A DNA stretch of 64,000 nucleotides from the human T2T-CHM13v2.0 reference genome, Homo sapiens. The DNA is taken from assembly GCF_009914755.1 (NCBI RefSeq), contig NC_060930.1; one strand, given 5' to 3'. Both the position numbers and the translations under genes were made by a program. A model generated the notes under the pieces. The model was not told the DNA's origin. It saw only the letters and a program-made list of their open reading frames with translations, and did no database searches. Within the stretch, counting starts at the first letter, position 1. The number at the start of each line of letters is the position of its first letter. Positions 1 to 13,664 of the stretch are shown piece after piece.

Positions 1-64
1 TAAGTCAGTTAATTAGTTAGTTATTGCCAGTTAGGATGGGAAGTGGGACAACCAGAGGCTTTAT

Positions 65-2038
65 TTCTTCATTTAATATTTATTAATTGAGTGCCTGTGG
101 TTCAGAAGATATTACAGTAATGACAGCCAATGTTCCTACCCTCACAGAGCTTGCATTCTGGGAAGTAAATGTAGTATTATGGAATTGGAGGTGTTTATAT
201 TCCAGTGTTTGAAAAAAGACTTACATTACCATTCTGCTGCCTACTGTGTGACCATGACAGATTTTTAACCTCTCTGTGCTTGTTTCTCTATATGTAAATT
301 GGTAATAATAAAATTACTTACTTCGTAGGGTTGTTTTAAGATTAAATGAGTTAAATACACATAAGGAGCTTAAAACAGTGCCTGTCACATAAGGGCTATG
401 TAAACACTGGCTATTACCATTAATTAGTTATGTATCATTATATGAGGTAAGTGTATAAAGGGAGGCAGAATAAAGGGATAGAGAAAAATAGGAGCTGCTG
501 TTTCAGGTAGGATTGTCAGGAAAGCCTTCCCTGAGAACAGGATAATTTGAGCCAAAACCTGAATGAAACAGAGAAATGAACAGTGCTAACATCTAGTGGA
601 GAAGAATTCCAGGCATAGGGAACAAGTAGTGAAAATGGCATGAGGTAGCAGAGTGCTTACATGTTGAGAGTAGCTGGTAAGTCTGTGTGATAGAAGTTCC
701 ATGAGCCAGGGAGAAAGGATTAAGCTAAGAGACTAAAGAAGAGGGAAGAAGGTCACCTAGGGCTTGGTTGGACAAAATTTTCAGCAAGGAATTATAAATT
801 CTAAATAACGAAAAGCCAGCAGAGGCTGAATCAGGGGAGTGACAGGATTCTGTCTGAAGAATATACTGTGAGGAGACAAGTGTGGACCTTAAGAGACCAT
901 TCAGTAGTTTATTGCAGATATTCAGGTGAGAGACGGTTATAGCTTGAACCAACCAAAGCAGTAATGAGAATGGGCTGGTGTTTGAGCGATTGACTACAAA
1001 ACATATTTCAAAAGTGAAGCGAAAAGATTTTCTTATAGGTTTGATTTAGTGTTAGTAGAACAAAGGAGTCTATGATGTTTCCACTTTGGGGCCTGGGCAT
1101 CTGGATGACTAAGGTACCATTTGCTGTGATGGTGTTCACTTGGAGAGGAGGTCCAATTGATGGGTGGCATTTTGGGACATGTAAACTTTGAGATGATGAT
1201 TAGCTATGCAGTTGGAGATGCTAAGTACGTAGTCGAATATTCAAGTTGGGGAGTTTAGGGAAGTATTTGGGGCTGGGGATATAAATTTGGAGTGGTCAGA
1301 TTGTAGATGTTTTAGGAAGCCACGGAACTTGAATTAGATCACCAAGACTAAAGGAGATGAAGAAGAGAGGAGAGGTGAAGATTAGCTGTGGGAGTGCTAA
1401 TTATTAAATGGAGAGAAGAGGATGCAGAGCCAGTAGAGGAGATAGAGAGAGGTGATCAATGAGACAGAAGATGACCAGGAAAGTGTAGAGTTCTGGTAGC
1501 CAAATGGAGAATCATTTTTAAGAAGGGTAGAATTAACTAATCCTGCCAGATGCTTCTGAGGAAGGGAGTAAAGATGAAGGTTGACAGTTGCCTGCTGAAT
1601 TAGACACTGTGGAGGTCACTAGTACCCTTGTCAAGAGCAAGACCCTTGCAATGGTGAAGACAAAAACATAATTGGAGTGGATTCAAGAAAGAATGTGAAA
1701 TTGCAAAGATGGACAATCCTTTTAAAGAGTTTGGATGTAGAGGGGACAGCAGTATGGGGATAATTTGACAGGGTCATGAGGTTTAAGTTTTTCTTTTAAA
1801 TGAGAAATATCACAGTGCATGTGCTGTTGAGAACAGGCCAATTAAGAGTTTAAAAGAAAAATCTTGATGGTGTACAGAAGAAAGGGCATAATAATGGGAT
1901 CAAAGTCTTTGCATAAGCCATTGTGGATGAGCTTGAGCAGAAAAGAGGAAGAAAAGACTATAGAGCCAGGACAGTTCATGCATTGAAACTGATAAGAGGT
2001 AAATTAAATGGGTACAGACCAGGAGGGTAGTAGATGTT
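65..2038 (-). mobile_element. LINE-2 (L2a-like) 3' portion, interrupted by a MIR
   Basis: Begins with the reverse-complemented L2 tail (ttcatttaatatttattaattgagtgcc...gttcctaccctcacagagcttgcattct). Continues as a GA-rich L2 body (gaattccaggcatagggaacaag; ggggctggggatataaatttgggagt). Confidence 0.8.
205..422 (+). mobile_element. MIR SINE
   Basis: MIR core and tail: ctgtgtgacc...ttaacctctctgtgc...gtaaattggtaataataa...gggttgttttaagattaaatgagttaa...cttaaaacagtgcctg. Confidence 0.85.
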
Positions 2039-2169
2039 AGAGTGAAAGGCGTTTGCTTGGCATTAGCATCCTTCTATCTGACTAGGGCCAGAGAGAAGGC
2101 TGGGCAAGAAAGAGAGAAGGCTGTAGTCAGATAGAAGGATACTAATGCCAAGGAAACGCCTTTCACTCT
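2039..2169. repeat. Inverted repeat with 46-bp arms and a 39-bp spacer
   Basis: 2039-2084 is the reverse complement of 2124-2169 at 44/46 positions. The spacer holds AGAGAGAAGGCTG twice (2090-2102, 2111-2123). Confidence 0.95.
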
Positions 2170-3090
2170 TAGGCAGCAAAGATTAAAGCAAATCTTAAAG
2201 GCATACCTTAAGTTTTTAAACAAAAGAACAACGTAGTTAGATGTGGGTTTCAGGAATATAAATTATGCATCCCAGTGTCCATTATTGGAGGAGGAAGAGT
2301 TTGGGGAAAAGAGTCAAGTTAGGAGGTATTAAAATAGCACAGGCAAAGGGCACTTCATATTTGTTTTATAACTTATAAGTGCCCACTATGGTTGGTGCTA
2401 CTAGTGATAGTGTCAGTGGGGAGAGATAGGTGGGAAAAATTAATGAAACTAATAGAGATTCAGTCAATAAATGTGGACGACTGATTAGATGTGGTATTGA
2501 GGAAAAGATAAATGGGGGTCAGGAAAATGGCAAAATTTTGACCGTGGCTAACCTGGGAGAGCATGGTATAATAAATATAAACAGAGGACACGGGAAGGAA
2601 AAAAAAACAATTATGGGTGGGAAGATTATCAGTTCGGTTTTGGCATATTGAAATGCCAGCTGGCAGTTTGAAATGCCAGCTAGCATCTAGGTAAAGTTGT
2701 CTAGTAGGCAATTTAAAATTTAAGACTGGCACTTGGGAGTCATCAGGATACTGCTTATGGTGAAAGTCATGAGAATGGATAAGCAAGCCATGGAAAGGGT
2801 GAGTAGAAGAGAGAAGTAAATAATGTCAGTGATGCAACTTCATAGCCTATTTACATTATGGAAGGAGAATGACGTGGAGTAGCCAGAGATTGAGGTAGAT
2901 ACGGGGCGGTGAGAGCCAGCTAAAGAGTAAGCCCTGAAGACTGTAATGTTACTGAATCCAAGAGAAAAATGAGAATGTTTTAAAGAATGAAAGGCTGTTC
3001 AATGGTATCAGAAAATCCAAAGAGGTTAAGAACGAGAACTCAAAATATGTTGCTGGATTTTGATCCTTTGCAATTGATGGATGATAGCCA
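2111..3090 (-). mobile_element. LINE-2 fragment (second, more diverged copy)
   Basis: Degenerate L2 motifs (agttcggttttggcatattgaaatgcc; ttgggagtcatcag...tggtgaaagtcatgagaatggataag). Confidence 0.6.
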
Positions 3091-3412
3091 AACAACATAA
3101 GTAACAACAAGCACCACAACTCTGACTTCAACTCCAAGCTTCAACTCTGACTATCATGACCAACAAAACAACAATATTTTGCCACCAGGGGAAGAAACAG
3201 ACAATAAAAACACCATAAACATGAGAATATACTCAAATGTACAACTGTCTGGGGCCAGTTAATATAAGATTCAAAGAGTGCAACTCATTTCAACAAACCC
3301 TAAAGGAATCAGTAAATTATGGTTTAGTATAATTGATGCTTATAATGTTGAAACATGAGTCTTTCAGAGAAGATTCATTCACATTAGAAATTCTTGGTTT
3401 AAAAATCAGTTG

Positions 3413-3668
3413 CACTAAAATGCAATGTAGTATCCTGAATTGGATTCTGGAACTGTGAAAGGACATTAGTAGTAAAACTGGTGAAATCCAAATAAAGTCT
3501 GTAGTTTAGTTAATAGTCATATAGCATGGTTGATTTCATAGTACAATATGTCTGGTAATATATAACATTAAGGGACACAGAATGAAGAGTTATGTGAACT
3601 CTCTTTACTATCTTTATAACTTTTTCGTAAACCTAAAATTATTACAAAATAAAAAGTTTAATTTTTAA
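3413..3668 (+). mobile_element. L1MC/L1MD-type 3' end
   Basis: ctaaaatgcaatgtagtatcctgaattggattctggaac...aaggacattagtagtaaaactggtgaaatccaaataaagtctgtagtttagttaatag...ctaaaattattacaaaataaaaagttt. Confidence 0.8.
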
Positions 3669-4319
3669 AAATGACCAAAAAAAATCCAGTGACAAATGTA
3701 ATTTAGAAAGATTTTCTACCCAAATAATTAAATGAACAAACTCTTGGTGCTTATGTAGGTAAAATTTAATTAGTGGGTACTCTGTTTATGAGAATTAACT
3801 CATTCCATCAATGTTTTTATACAAATGAGGTATTATGTCCTGAGACTAAATAACACTATCAATAAATTTTCCTATAAGTCACCTGCTTTCTCCAGTTGAC
3901 TTTTAGATCTGTAGCTTAACTAGCCAGCATTAAATGAGCCTATTTACACAACAAAATGAACTGCAGTTCTGCTTTTGTATTTGGTCTTTCCTTACAAAAA
4001 ATAGTCAATCATATTCCTTGCTAAGAACAAGAAAGAGAAAGGTACCCACTGTTAATTAAACAAACCAACAAATAAGGTGTTGTAATATTTTTAAAAAGTA
4101 CTTATTACTTATTTGCCCTTCCTGAGACATATATCAGATACTTCTAATGGGTGATTATTTGCACATGTAATTCATATTAATAATAACCAAAGCCATTCTT
4201 CTAGAAGTCCTGGATAGGAGGACATCTGTGCAGCGGAGGCAGACATGCCTCTCCCTGGTCTCATTGAAGTCAGTGAGGTTGTTAACTAAAACTCTGGTCT
4301 TCAATACAAGCCATTATTT

Positions 4320-4605
4320 TATTTTATTTTATTTTTTGAGACAGAGTCTTGCTCTGTCACCCAGGCTGGAGTGCAGTCTCAGCTCACTGCAACCTCTGCC
4401 TCCCAGGTTCAAGCAATTCTCCTGCCTCAGCCTCCTGAGTAGCTGGGATTAGAGGCACCCGCCACCATGCCCAGCTAATTTTTGTATTTTTAGTAGAGAC
4501 GGCATTTCACCATGTTGGTCAGGCTGGTCTCGAACCCCTGACCTCGTGATCCACCCGCCTTGGCCTCCCAAAGTGCTGGGATTACAGGCATGAGCCACCG
4601 CACCC
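4320..4605 (-). mobile_element. AluS (Sg-like)
   Basis: Near-full dimeric Alu with a 14-bp TSD ACAAGCCATTATTT (4306-4319 and 4606-4619); carries the cctcgtgatcc variant. Confidence 0.95.
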
Positions 4606-5344
4606 ACAAGCCATTATTTAGCTACTTTCTTGTCAAAGGGAAGCTAAAGTTCCAAACTCCCATTTTCCAATGCAAGTATTAAACTTTACAGACAATTGTT
4701 CTGAGCATAGTGATTCACAAACACAGACTTGATTTGGCCTCTTGCACAATCATACTTACTGAATTGCATTTTGGCCTTACAGGAAGTTTGCCTACTGAAT
4801 TAGCAAGCATTAAAACAAATTTGCTTATGAAAAAGAGATGACAAGTTTTTGAAGGCTTTTTTCATAAGTAGTGAATCATTCAAAATCTAAACTTTGTATA
4901 TATAGCATACTTCCTCTAGTGGGAACCATAAGTGTAAAAAAAAGTAGTCATTTAATACAGATAGCAACCATAAAGAAACCTATTTTTGTCTTTATTACGC
5001 AAATGCAGTTGAGGAAACTGGCCACCACATCTTGAGGTATTTCCTTTATGGGAATTTCTGATGACATTTCTCTCTGGTTTCTTTACCAGCACTTATCTCA
5101 AGTGATTGTTCTGGTTGTCATTTTGTGGATATTGTAAATTTTTGTTTTGGTTGCCAAGAAAACCAGAACTAAATTTGCATCTTACCTTTAATCACTATAT
5201 AGAATCCAGTGGCATACATATGTATACTCACCCAGCTTCGGTCTATTTCCCTGTTCTTATTTCCACATAGTTCCACTTCTCACATATACATAATGCTGTT
5301 TTTACATTTCTTAGTTCTTCCTCAAGTCATTTTTCATTGTGCTA

Positions 5345-5830
5345 ATATATATATAACATAATACTTATCATTTTAAGCATTTGTAAAGTGTACAATTCAA
5401 TGGCATTAATACACTCACAGTGTTATGTGATCATCATCAGTATCTATACTCAACTATATCTTGGTCCTCAAGAAAAACCCAGTACCCAATAAACAATAAC
5501 TTGCTCTTCCCCTCTCCTCTCATCTCCTGGTAACTCTATTATACTTTCTGTCTCTATGAATTTGCCTATTTTAGGTACCTCATATAAATGCACTCATGCC
5601 ATATTTGTCTTTCTGTGTGTGGCTTATTTTTGAGGCAGGTGGATCGATTGAGCCTTGGAGGTTTAGGCTGCAGTGAGACATGACCCCATCACTGCACTGC
5701 AGCCTGGACGATAGAGCGAGATCCTGTCTCAAAGACAAAACAAAACAAAAACCAGAATGTTTTCAAGGTCCATCTACTTTCTAGCATATGTCAAAGTTTC
5801 ATTCCTTTTTATGGCTGAATAACATTCTCC
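5345..5830 (-). mobile_element. L1M (L1MB-like) 3' end, interrupted by an Alu fragment
   Basis: aagtgtacaattcaatggcattaa...ctggtaactctattatactttctgtctctatgaatttgcctattttaggtacctcatataa; resumes at aatgttttcaaggtccatc. Confidence 0.85.
5630..5751 (+). mobile_element. 5'-truncated AluJ/FRAM right-arm fragment
   Basis: tgaggcaggtggatcgattgagcc...ggctgcagtgag...actgcactgcagcctgg...gatcctgtctc followed by an (ACAAA)n tail. Confidence 0.85.
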
Positions 5831-5859
5831 CAAAATCCTTTTTGAATGAAGTAAGGTAT

Positions 5860-5910
5860 AAAAAAGGAGGAGGAAGAAGAGGAAGAGAAGAAAAAGGAGG
5901 AGAAGGAAAG
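5860..5910. repeat. GA-rich low-complexity tract
   Basis: aaaaaggaggaggaagaagaggaagagaagaaaaaggaggagaaggaaag. Confidence 0.8.
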
Positions 5911-5999
5911 CTCGTATAGTTTATTCCTATGAGAGGAGTATTTAGGTTATGTGTTAGCAGAAATGGAGTAGGATGTTAGTAGATGTTAGCAGAAATGGA

Positions 6000-6135
6000 T
6001 ATTGCTGCCTGCTAATTATGACCTTGGAAAAGTCATCTTATTTTCTCAGCAGTAATTTCTTGTGCTCAATAGGAGCAGTGACCAGACTCCATGGAGGAAT
6101 AAATAAAATAAAATATGAGAATATGCCTAAGGTGT
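6000..6135 (+). mobile_element. MIR fragment (degenerate)
   Basis: attatgaccttggaaaagtcatctta...ttctcagcagtaatttct resembles the MIR core. Confidence 0.5.
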
Positions 6136-6737
6136 ACATGCTCCATAAAAACGATAGCTTAAAAAAAATTAGTGTTTAATTGGCTGGCACCCAAGATCTG
6201 CCTGTGGGCTAACTTGTGAGATAAGTGAAATTGATATTTAGGACTTTTCTCCTGTCCACTGTCAGGGCCTCTCTCTCCTCCCACAACTTCCATCCTACTC
6301 TTCCAGATCTCAAGGCACTCATGTTCCATTTGTAATGTTCTACAGTTTCCGCAGATAGGTTTCTATATTTAAAACAGTTTCTAAACAGTTCACAACTTCT
6401 TTAGAGTTCAACTCCTAATTAACCTTAATAGGCTAGCATGTGATAGATTCATGAGGGGCATTAATATTTAATAACAAGCAAAAAATCATGCAGTGCTCTT
6501 TGTTTGATTGAAAGGCGTTAGAATTCTCATTTAGAATTCTGATCCTACAACTGTCTTATGTAGTGCGGATTTTCTTCAGGATACAAGGTGGTTAGATGGG
6601 AGCACTGTCTTTCTCAGTCTCCTTAAGCCATATTAAATGGAAAGGGGCATGCGTCACTGTCATCTCCACCCTGTGGTAAAGACATGCCTGTTGATAATGG
6701 TTACAGGGCAAGTTCCACACCTCAGCATGCTGCCTAA

Positions 6738-7058
<321 letters not shown>

Positions 7059-7702
7059 TGACTTCTTAAAATGGCATTTGAGGAATCACACTACCTAGAT
7101 ATATTTTGATGCTTTTTCTGCTTAGAAAAGAGGGACTGATTCTACTCTTGTTTTGGTAATTAGCTAATCATGTTATACATTTTCCCTGAAAGATCTTAGT
7201 AAACTATCTTTCCTTGCCATTGTATTCTTTTTGCCCTCACTTTCTGCTAAATTGTTTGTTTGATTGTAGTTTTGTCTTATTAGGCACTTGCATGTTTCAC
7301 ACTTGAAGTAGTTTTATTTTGCTATTGGATAAATTCTACCATCAAAATATCTGGTAATTGGGACCTAGGTTAGAGTTTATAATATGAGGAAGAATACAAA
7401 ACACATATAATGTCCTCAGCTCTCTACAAAACGTTTGGTAGACAGGCTGAAAGAAGATTCACTATTTAAAAAAGAACAAGTTTCTATTTTTGCCTCTAAG
7501 GGAAATGAGCTTTGCCCACCCAGTAACCAGCTTGGTAATATCATCTGCAGGGACTTACCCTCAGGTTAGTTCCAGTAAAGGAATTTAGGGACGTAAAGAG
7601 GACGTAAAGATTGTGAACTAATAATTTATCACAAGTCAATAAAGATTTGTTCCTGTCTCTGCATTTTTATCTTTCTTTATTTGTTTTAAACATAAGAAAA
7701 TA

Positions 7703-8024
<322 letters not shown>

Positions 8025-9089
8025 TTAAGTGTAAGAAAATATTGCTAAAAAATCTCTTTGAGGGTGTTGCCTTCACCAACAGCATGCTACTTCGAATATT
8101 AAGATGTTACATTTCTTCCTTTACAAGAATGTTCTGTAACAGAGTCTGGGTTCCTCAGTGGTAGGGACTGTGCAGTGCTGTCTTGGCATGTGAATTGCCT
8201 AGTACCTAGTAGGTGGTGAATGAGCACTCAAGTGCATACATCAATGTTTAAATAACTGCTTATTGGAAATTGGTATATATAATATTTTCCTTTCAATGAT
8301 AATGGGTTAATGAGGAATAATTTGGAAAGAATACTAATTTCACTTTTGAGGTTTTCTGCCCTCTTTTATTTTGGTACTATTACACCTTTTGAACAATTGG
8401 ATTTGTCAGTTTGGATGATTAAATGTGACTCCGTCTGACCTTATCCATCCGTTGCCTGCCCTCCCTCCCTAGCTGCAATATAGTGAAATCAGTGTGATAA
8501 AGGCTATGACAGAGCTCCATTTATTATTTGTAAAATGATGGAGTTGATGAGACTTCATAGAGATCTCATGAGAAAAGAAATCAGGAAATGGTCAGGCATA
8601 CGTTAAGTTAAATGTTATTTTCCTTTTTTGTTTGAAACAGGAATTATAGAGGTAAGGCTGATGGGAAAAATGATTGCTAAAGAGCAGGTAATTAGGTATA
8701 AATGCAATTGAGAACAATGATTTAATAGACAATTGGTGTTCTACTAAGTTGGAATATCTATTTGATGTGGTATATAAAATTTGACTAGTTAGATGAAATT
8801 TCTAACCACCATGTTGGTTGATATTACAAATTATAATGTCATAGAGCAGAATTTGTGGGAAAGGCAAAGGTGCAAAATGGTCCAGCTGTTTAAGTTAGTG
8901 ACTGGATTACTGCAGAATCTAATTTGAATAAAGAAAGAAAAATTGAGACATTAAAATAGGACTTTGTAAAAACTTTCAAAACTAAGGATTGGCTTTAGTC
9001 CAAGTGATTATGTCTTTGGACAACCATGTTGTTGTCTTACCAATTACATTATTTTACAGGTATTATCCCTGTGGATTTTTTTACAAGAA

Positions 9090-9256
9090 ATGTTTTTACT
9101 GAAATATACATGAAGAAAAGTTAACATATCATGAATAGACAACTTGATACATTTTCATAAAGTGAATACATCCTTGTAACCACCCAGCATATCAAAAAAC
9201 AGAACATTTCTGCTCTCTCCCCATTTCAACCGTTACTCTCAAAAGTCAATACACTC
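9090..9256 (-). mobile_element. L1ME-type 3' end fragment
   Basis: ttttcataaagtgaatacatccttgtaaccacccagcatatcaaaaaacagaacattt is a typical reversed L1ME tail. Confidence 0.65.
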
Positions 9257-9422
9257 TTTTTATTGTTGTTGTTGTTGAGACCCAGTCTCACTCTGTCACC
9301 AGGCTGGAGTGCAGGGGTTTCACCATGTCGGCCAGGATGGTCTCCATCTCTTGACCTTGTGATCCACCTGCCTTGGCCTCCCAAAGTGCTGGGATTACAG
9401 GTTTGAGCCACTGCGCCCAGCC
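9257..9422 (-). mobile_element. AluSc-like element with a large internal deletion
   Basis: (TTG)n tail and gagacccagtctcactctgtcaccaggctggagtgca joined directly to ggggtttcaccatg...gcccagcc; junction near 9313/9314. Confidence 0.9.
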
Positions 9423-11894
9423 CTTCTGGTGCTTTTTAAAATATCACCAAAGATTCTATTATATGTTTAATCTATTAGATAGAGAATTGGTGAAGTGCCC
9501 AATTAATTCAGTAACTTTAGATATGAACTTTGAATTGCTAAACTAAAAATATTTTTCTCCTCTAGAAAACTTTCCCATGTTTAGCTGTACAAAAGTCTTC
9601 CATCTCAGGTCACATTAATAATGACACAGATTTAAAGACCCAATATTTTCAAGTATGAAAGAATATAACACACATTAAAATACTGCTATAAAGTCATCTA
9701 TATAAAGCTGATTTAATTTTTACATGTCCACATAGATCTCTGCTCAGCATTGTACAAACAAACCCAAACTTGTCTCTCATTTCTTCACTATAATGAAAGA
9801 CCAAATATTCCTATTACTTACTTTGGGGATATGGTTGATACCCGTCAATTAAGTTAATGAACAAACCTATTATAGAATTCAAGATATAACAGCAGCCCAA
9901 ACACTTCTAAGTGTTTAACTTCTAAGTTAACACCAGCCTAGTAACTTTTGTATTAGTCATGATGTGAATTTTAACTACATAGGTACGATTCATGATATCA
10001 TTTTACAAAATCAGGATATAATATTTGTTAAATACCACCTAGACCAGCAGAGATAATAGGCATTGTGCGGGGTGTAGAATAGAAGGATGAATAGGTGTTA
10101 TTAAATTCCTTTCAAATATTAGAAAACAGAGTGAAGCTTATACACCCAATAAATGGCAAACCAAGCTATATCCTGAGTCTGGATCCAAAGTGAGTGTTCT
10201 TTTCACTTTGCCATATTGCCATTCCAAAGTACTGCCATTCCAAAGTGAACTTTATCTGAACTGATTAGAGGTACAGAAAGAAGGCAGAAAAAAATTTAGA
10301 AGAAATGAATGGCAATTAATAATTTATCCACATATATATTCACTCTAAGACAGGAAAATGGAGAGAATAGAAGAATCTTTCTCAATACCTGTGTACCACT
10401 CTACTCTCTTCAGCAACCTTCTATTTTAGATTAACAGAACATGGCTACTTAATATAAACTTAACAGAGTTACTCTGAAGGATAAAGACATTCGGACTGAT
10501 TCACAATTTTCTTACTTGGTACTGCACAATTTTGTGCAATGGTTTGTAAAATTATTACAGTTAACTGCATAACATAATAAACTCAAACAATGTTGAATAT
10601 GTATAAGTGTATCCTGTGATGAATAAAAAAAAGTCACAGTGAGTTAGAATTAAAAGGCTAGTCTTGGGTGAATAAAGGCAGATGTTATTAATTGACTGAT
10701 TAGACAAAATTCGTTGAAATTCTCAAGGGCATACAGTATGAAATACATGACTGTGAACTTGACTGTGTGAAAATATGTTAGGATTATTTTTGATTACATA
10801 GTAGGGAAATATATTATTGAATTATACCGAAGATTATTGTTTAATTTCTAGGGAAATCTATACTCCTTAATATTCTGGCCACATACCAACTAATGGTTAG
10901 CTCTTCTTTTTTGAACTTTATCATTACTTTGAAAAAAGAGGAATGTATTAGCATCAGTATCCTAAAACCACATATGTTAAAATAAAAAATTAAAGACAAA
11001 TTTATAATATTTGAAAAATAGAATTCAATTGCCAGGTAGGCAGAAAGCATTTATAAATTGCCACTTGCCAATTTTATTTTTGAAACTACACAATCTTTTA
11101 CAGAATTCTACAGTTATTTTATGGTTGAAATCATGGAAGAGTCTTCATATTTTTCATAAGCTAGAAAGTTAGTATGGTCTGCAGAAATTGTAGAAATCGG
11201 AATCTTACATTTTTCAAATAATAGAATGCATGCGCATTTTTGTAACAGATGAGCAATATGTTAGTGTACGAATGAAAAGACAAACTCTTTGCCCTGCCCC
11301 AATCACATTCTGCAGAAAAGTATGTGATGATTCCAGACATTCATTCTTTGCATATATAAACAAATTTATAAGTATTTATACGTACATCTTTGTATACACA
11401 TATAGGTACAACAGATAAATAATTTCATTAAACTCTTGAAATCCGATTTTTAAAAGATTTAACAGTATACCCCGATCATCCTTTTATTCAGAATGTGTAG
11501 AATGACATTACTATTTTAAATGTTACTGTATTCATGTAACAATGTTTATTTAACCAATTCTTTATTGATAGTTTTTCCTTGTCATTATTTGAAATAATGC
11601 TCAAAGTCCATCTTTCTACATATATCCTCTAAACTGATTAAATTTGAATTTATTTTTTCCATCTTTTATCTGATTATCCTATGGAGGGTATATTAAAATC
11701 AGTATTAATTACTGAGTTTTGGAAAATTTTAGTTTATACCTATTCTTATAGAAAAGAACATGTACAAACTGAAATTTCACTCAAATAACATTTATATCTA
11801 TATATTCTTTACTAATCTATCATTTTGACTAAAAATTAGCTAATACTTTTTTTCTTCATCAAGTCTTTGAATTTCTAGAGAGCACTGCATACAG

Positions 11895-12043
11895 CTGTGT
11901 TTCTCAATCTTGACTGCATATTAGATTTTAAAAGTCTAGATTCCCAGGCTGCATCAATTGAATTTGAATCTACAGGGGTGGAACCTGGGCTTAGTAGAGT
12001 CATCCAGATGATTTTAACATGCAGCCAGTGTTGAAAATCATTG
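11895..12043. mobile_element. MER5-like hAT-Charlie MITE
   Basis: Ends tttctcaatcttgactgcatattaga ... gattttaacatgcagccagtgttgaaaatcattg form the degenerate palindrome typical of MER5. Confidence 0.7.
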
Positions 12044-12279
12044 ACACAGAATAGCTTATTTTGAATGAGATGTTTCCTGGGGAAAAATAGAGAGGAAGCA
12101 AGAAAAAGTTTAATAAATCTCAAAAGAAAAATTTTGCCAAGTTAATGTGTCATCAGGAATTTACTATATGTCAAAAACATGCTCACATTGTGCTATTTTT
12201 TGGTAAGAGACTGAAAGGCTTCATTTTCAGGCTGAATTTGGTTAGTGAAAGTAAAGAGAGAAATTGCAGCATCTTGCAC

Positions 12280-12480
12280 CTCTCCTTAGCACTTGTCTGG
12301 GTTGCACTGTCTATTTTCTGTTTTTCTACATCATTATTTAATTCATGTTTCTCTTCCCTGGTAGAGGGTACTCTCCATGAGAGCAGAGCTTCAGGCTATT
12401 TCAGTTCATGCTGTGTTCCTAGGGTCAGGTATAGAGCCGACACAGTTGGTGGTCAGTATTGGCTCCATGAGTTAATGACT
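12280..12480 (+). mobile_element. LINE-2 3' end
   Basis: ctccatgagagcagagc...gttcatgctgtgttcctagg...agagccgacacagttgg resembles the L2 tail. Confidence 0.6.
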
Positions 12481-13664
12481 AACACTTTGGTAATTCAAAA
12501 GAAGGTAGAAGGTAATCAGAGCATAGAGGTGACAGCATGGGAGCAGATAGCTTTTATTTTGTATTTTTAAAAACTCTTATATGCCACATTTAGAACAAAG
12601 TACATTTTATTTGGAGAAGTCAAATGGGGGAAAGTGTGAGAAAATGATAATAAAGAAAATTATTGGAGAGAAAAAAGACTATTTAACAAGTTGGTGAGCA
12701 CATATTTTAGTAAGGGAGAAAACCAGTATATACTATTCTGAAAAGCCTGTCTTGTATTTAGGCAGGAAACTATTCAAAGAGGACTTGGTTCCCATAAAGT
12801 CCATTTTAATCAGAAGGGAGAAGATTTGGAATGGAATGAAGATACAGTATAAAAGATCTGGGTCAGTTCAGCACTAGAGGGAGGTTTTGAAAACCCTAAA
12901 TTATAAAAAAAACATTTTTCTAAAAGTTCAGTTGAGGCCGCGAAAGATATGAAAGTTATCATGTTTAACATCTAATATTAAAATTAATGGGACTGGCATC
13001 ATGTGAGAAAGAATAAGAATGATTCTAATGTGCTCCAGGACTCTGTAAAACTTGGTGTGAAATGTCTATTCCAATTGCTGAGAAAAAAAAAACCAGAATA
13101 TTTCAGTCTAGTTTTGAGAACTTTTATTTGTATATTTGAGGAAATAATGAGTAATATTTTAATGGTCAATGACATTATGCAGATGATGACAAGTATTGCC
13201 AGATTAAGATAGACTTGGTTTTATTGTGTAAATCCTGAAAGTCCCAAGTGAATGGGAATAAGGGTGTGAATACATGAAAATATGTATGTGTAAAAAAGAA
13301 AATAAACTAGGTGGCCTATTGAAATGTTTATAGTTCATTATGTTGTTGTATTCTCGTTTCTACCAATACTATTTCTCACTCTTTGCCAACTGAGAAAAGG
13401 ACAGAAGAGTATTGTAATAACGCTAAATGGTGGCATTAAGAAAAGCTCTAATTAACATTTAGAGACATATTTCAAGACTATTTAAATATGATATCTTCCA
13501 TCTTAATTTATTTTAGAATATTTTTAAAATTGACATAACAGACATGATAAACAATAAGGTTATTATAATAAAACCTGAAATTCAATAAAACTTGGTATCA
13601 TTTTTGTTATGCTAGTCTTTCAGATTTTAGAAGGTCTGAACATTTCGTAGAATCAGATTTCTAT

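Noticed and set aside
12145-12570. 141-aa plus-strand ORF
   Set aside because: It overlaps an L2 tail and has no recognisable domain or splice context.
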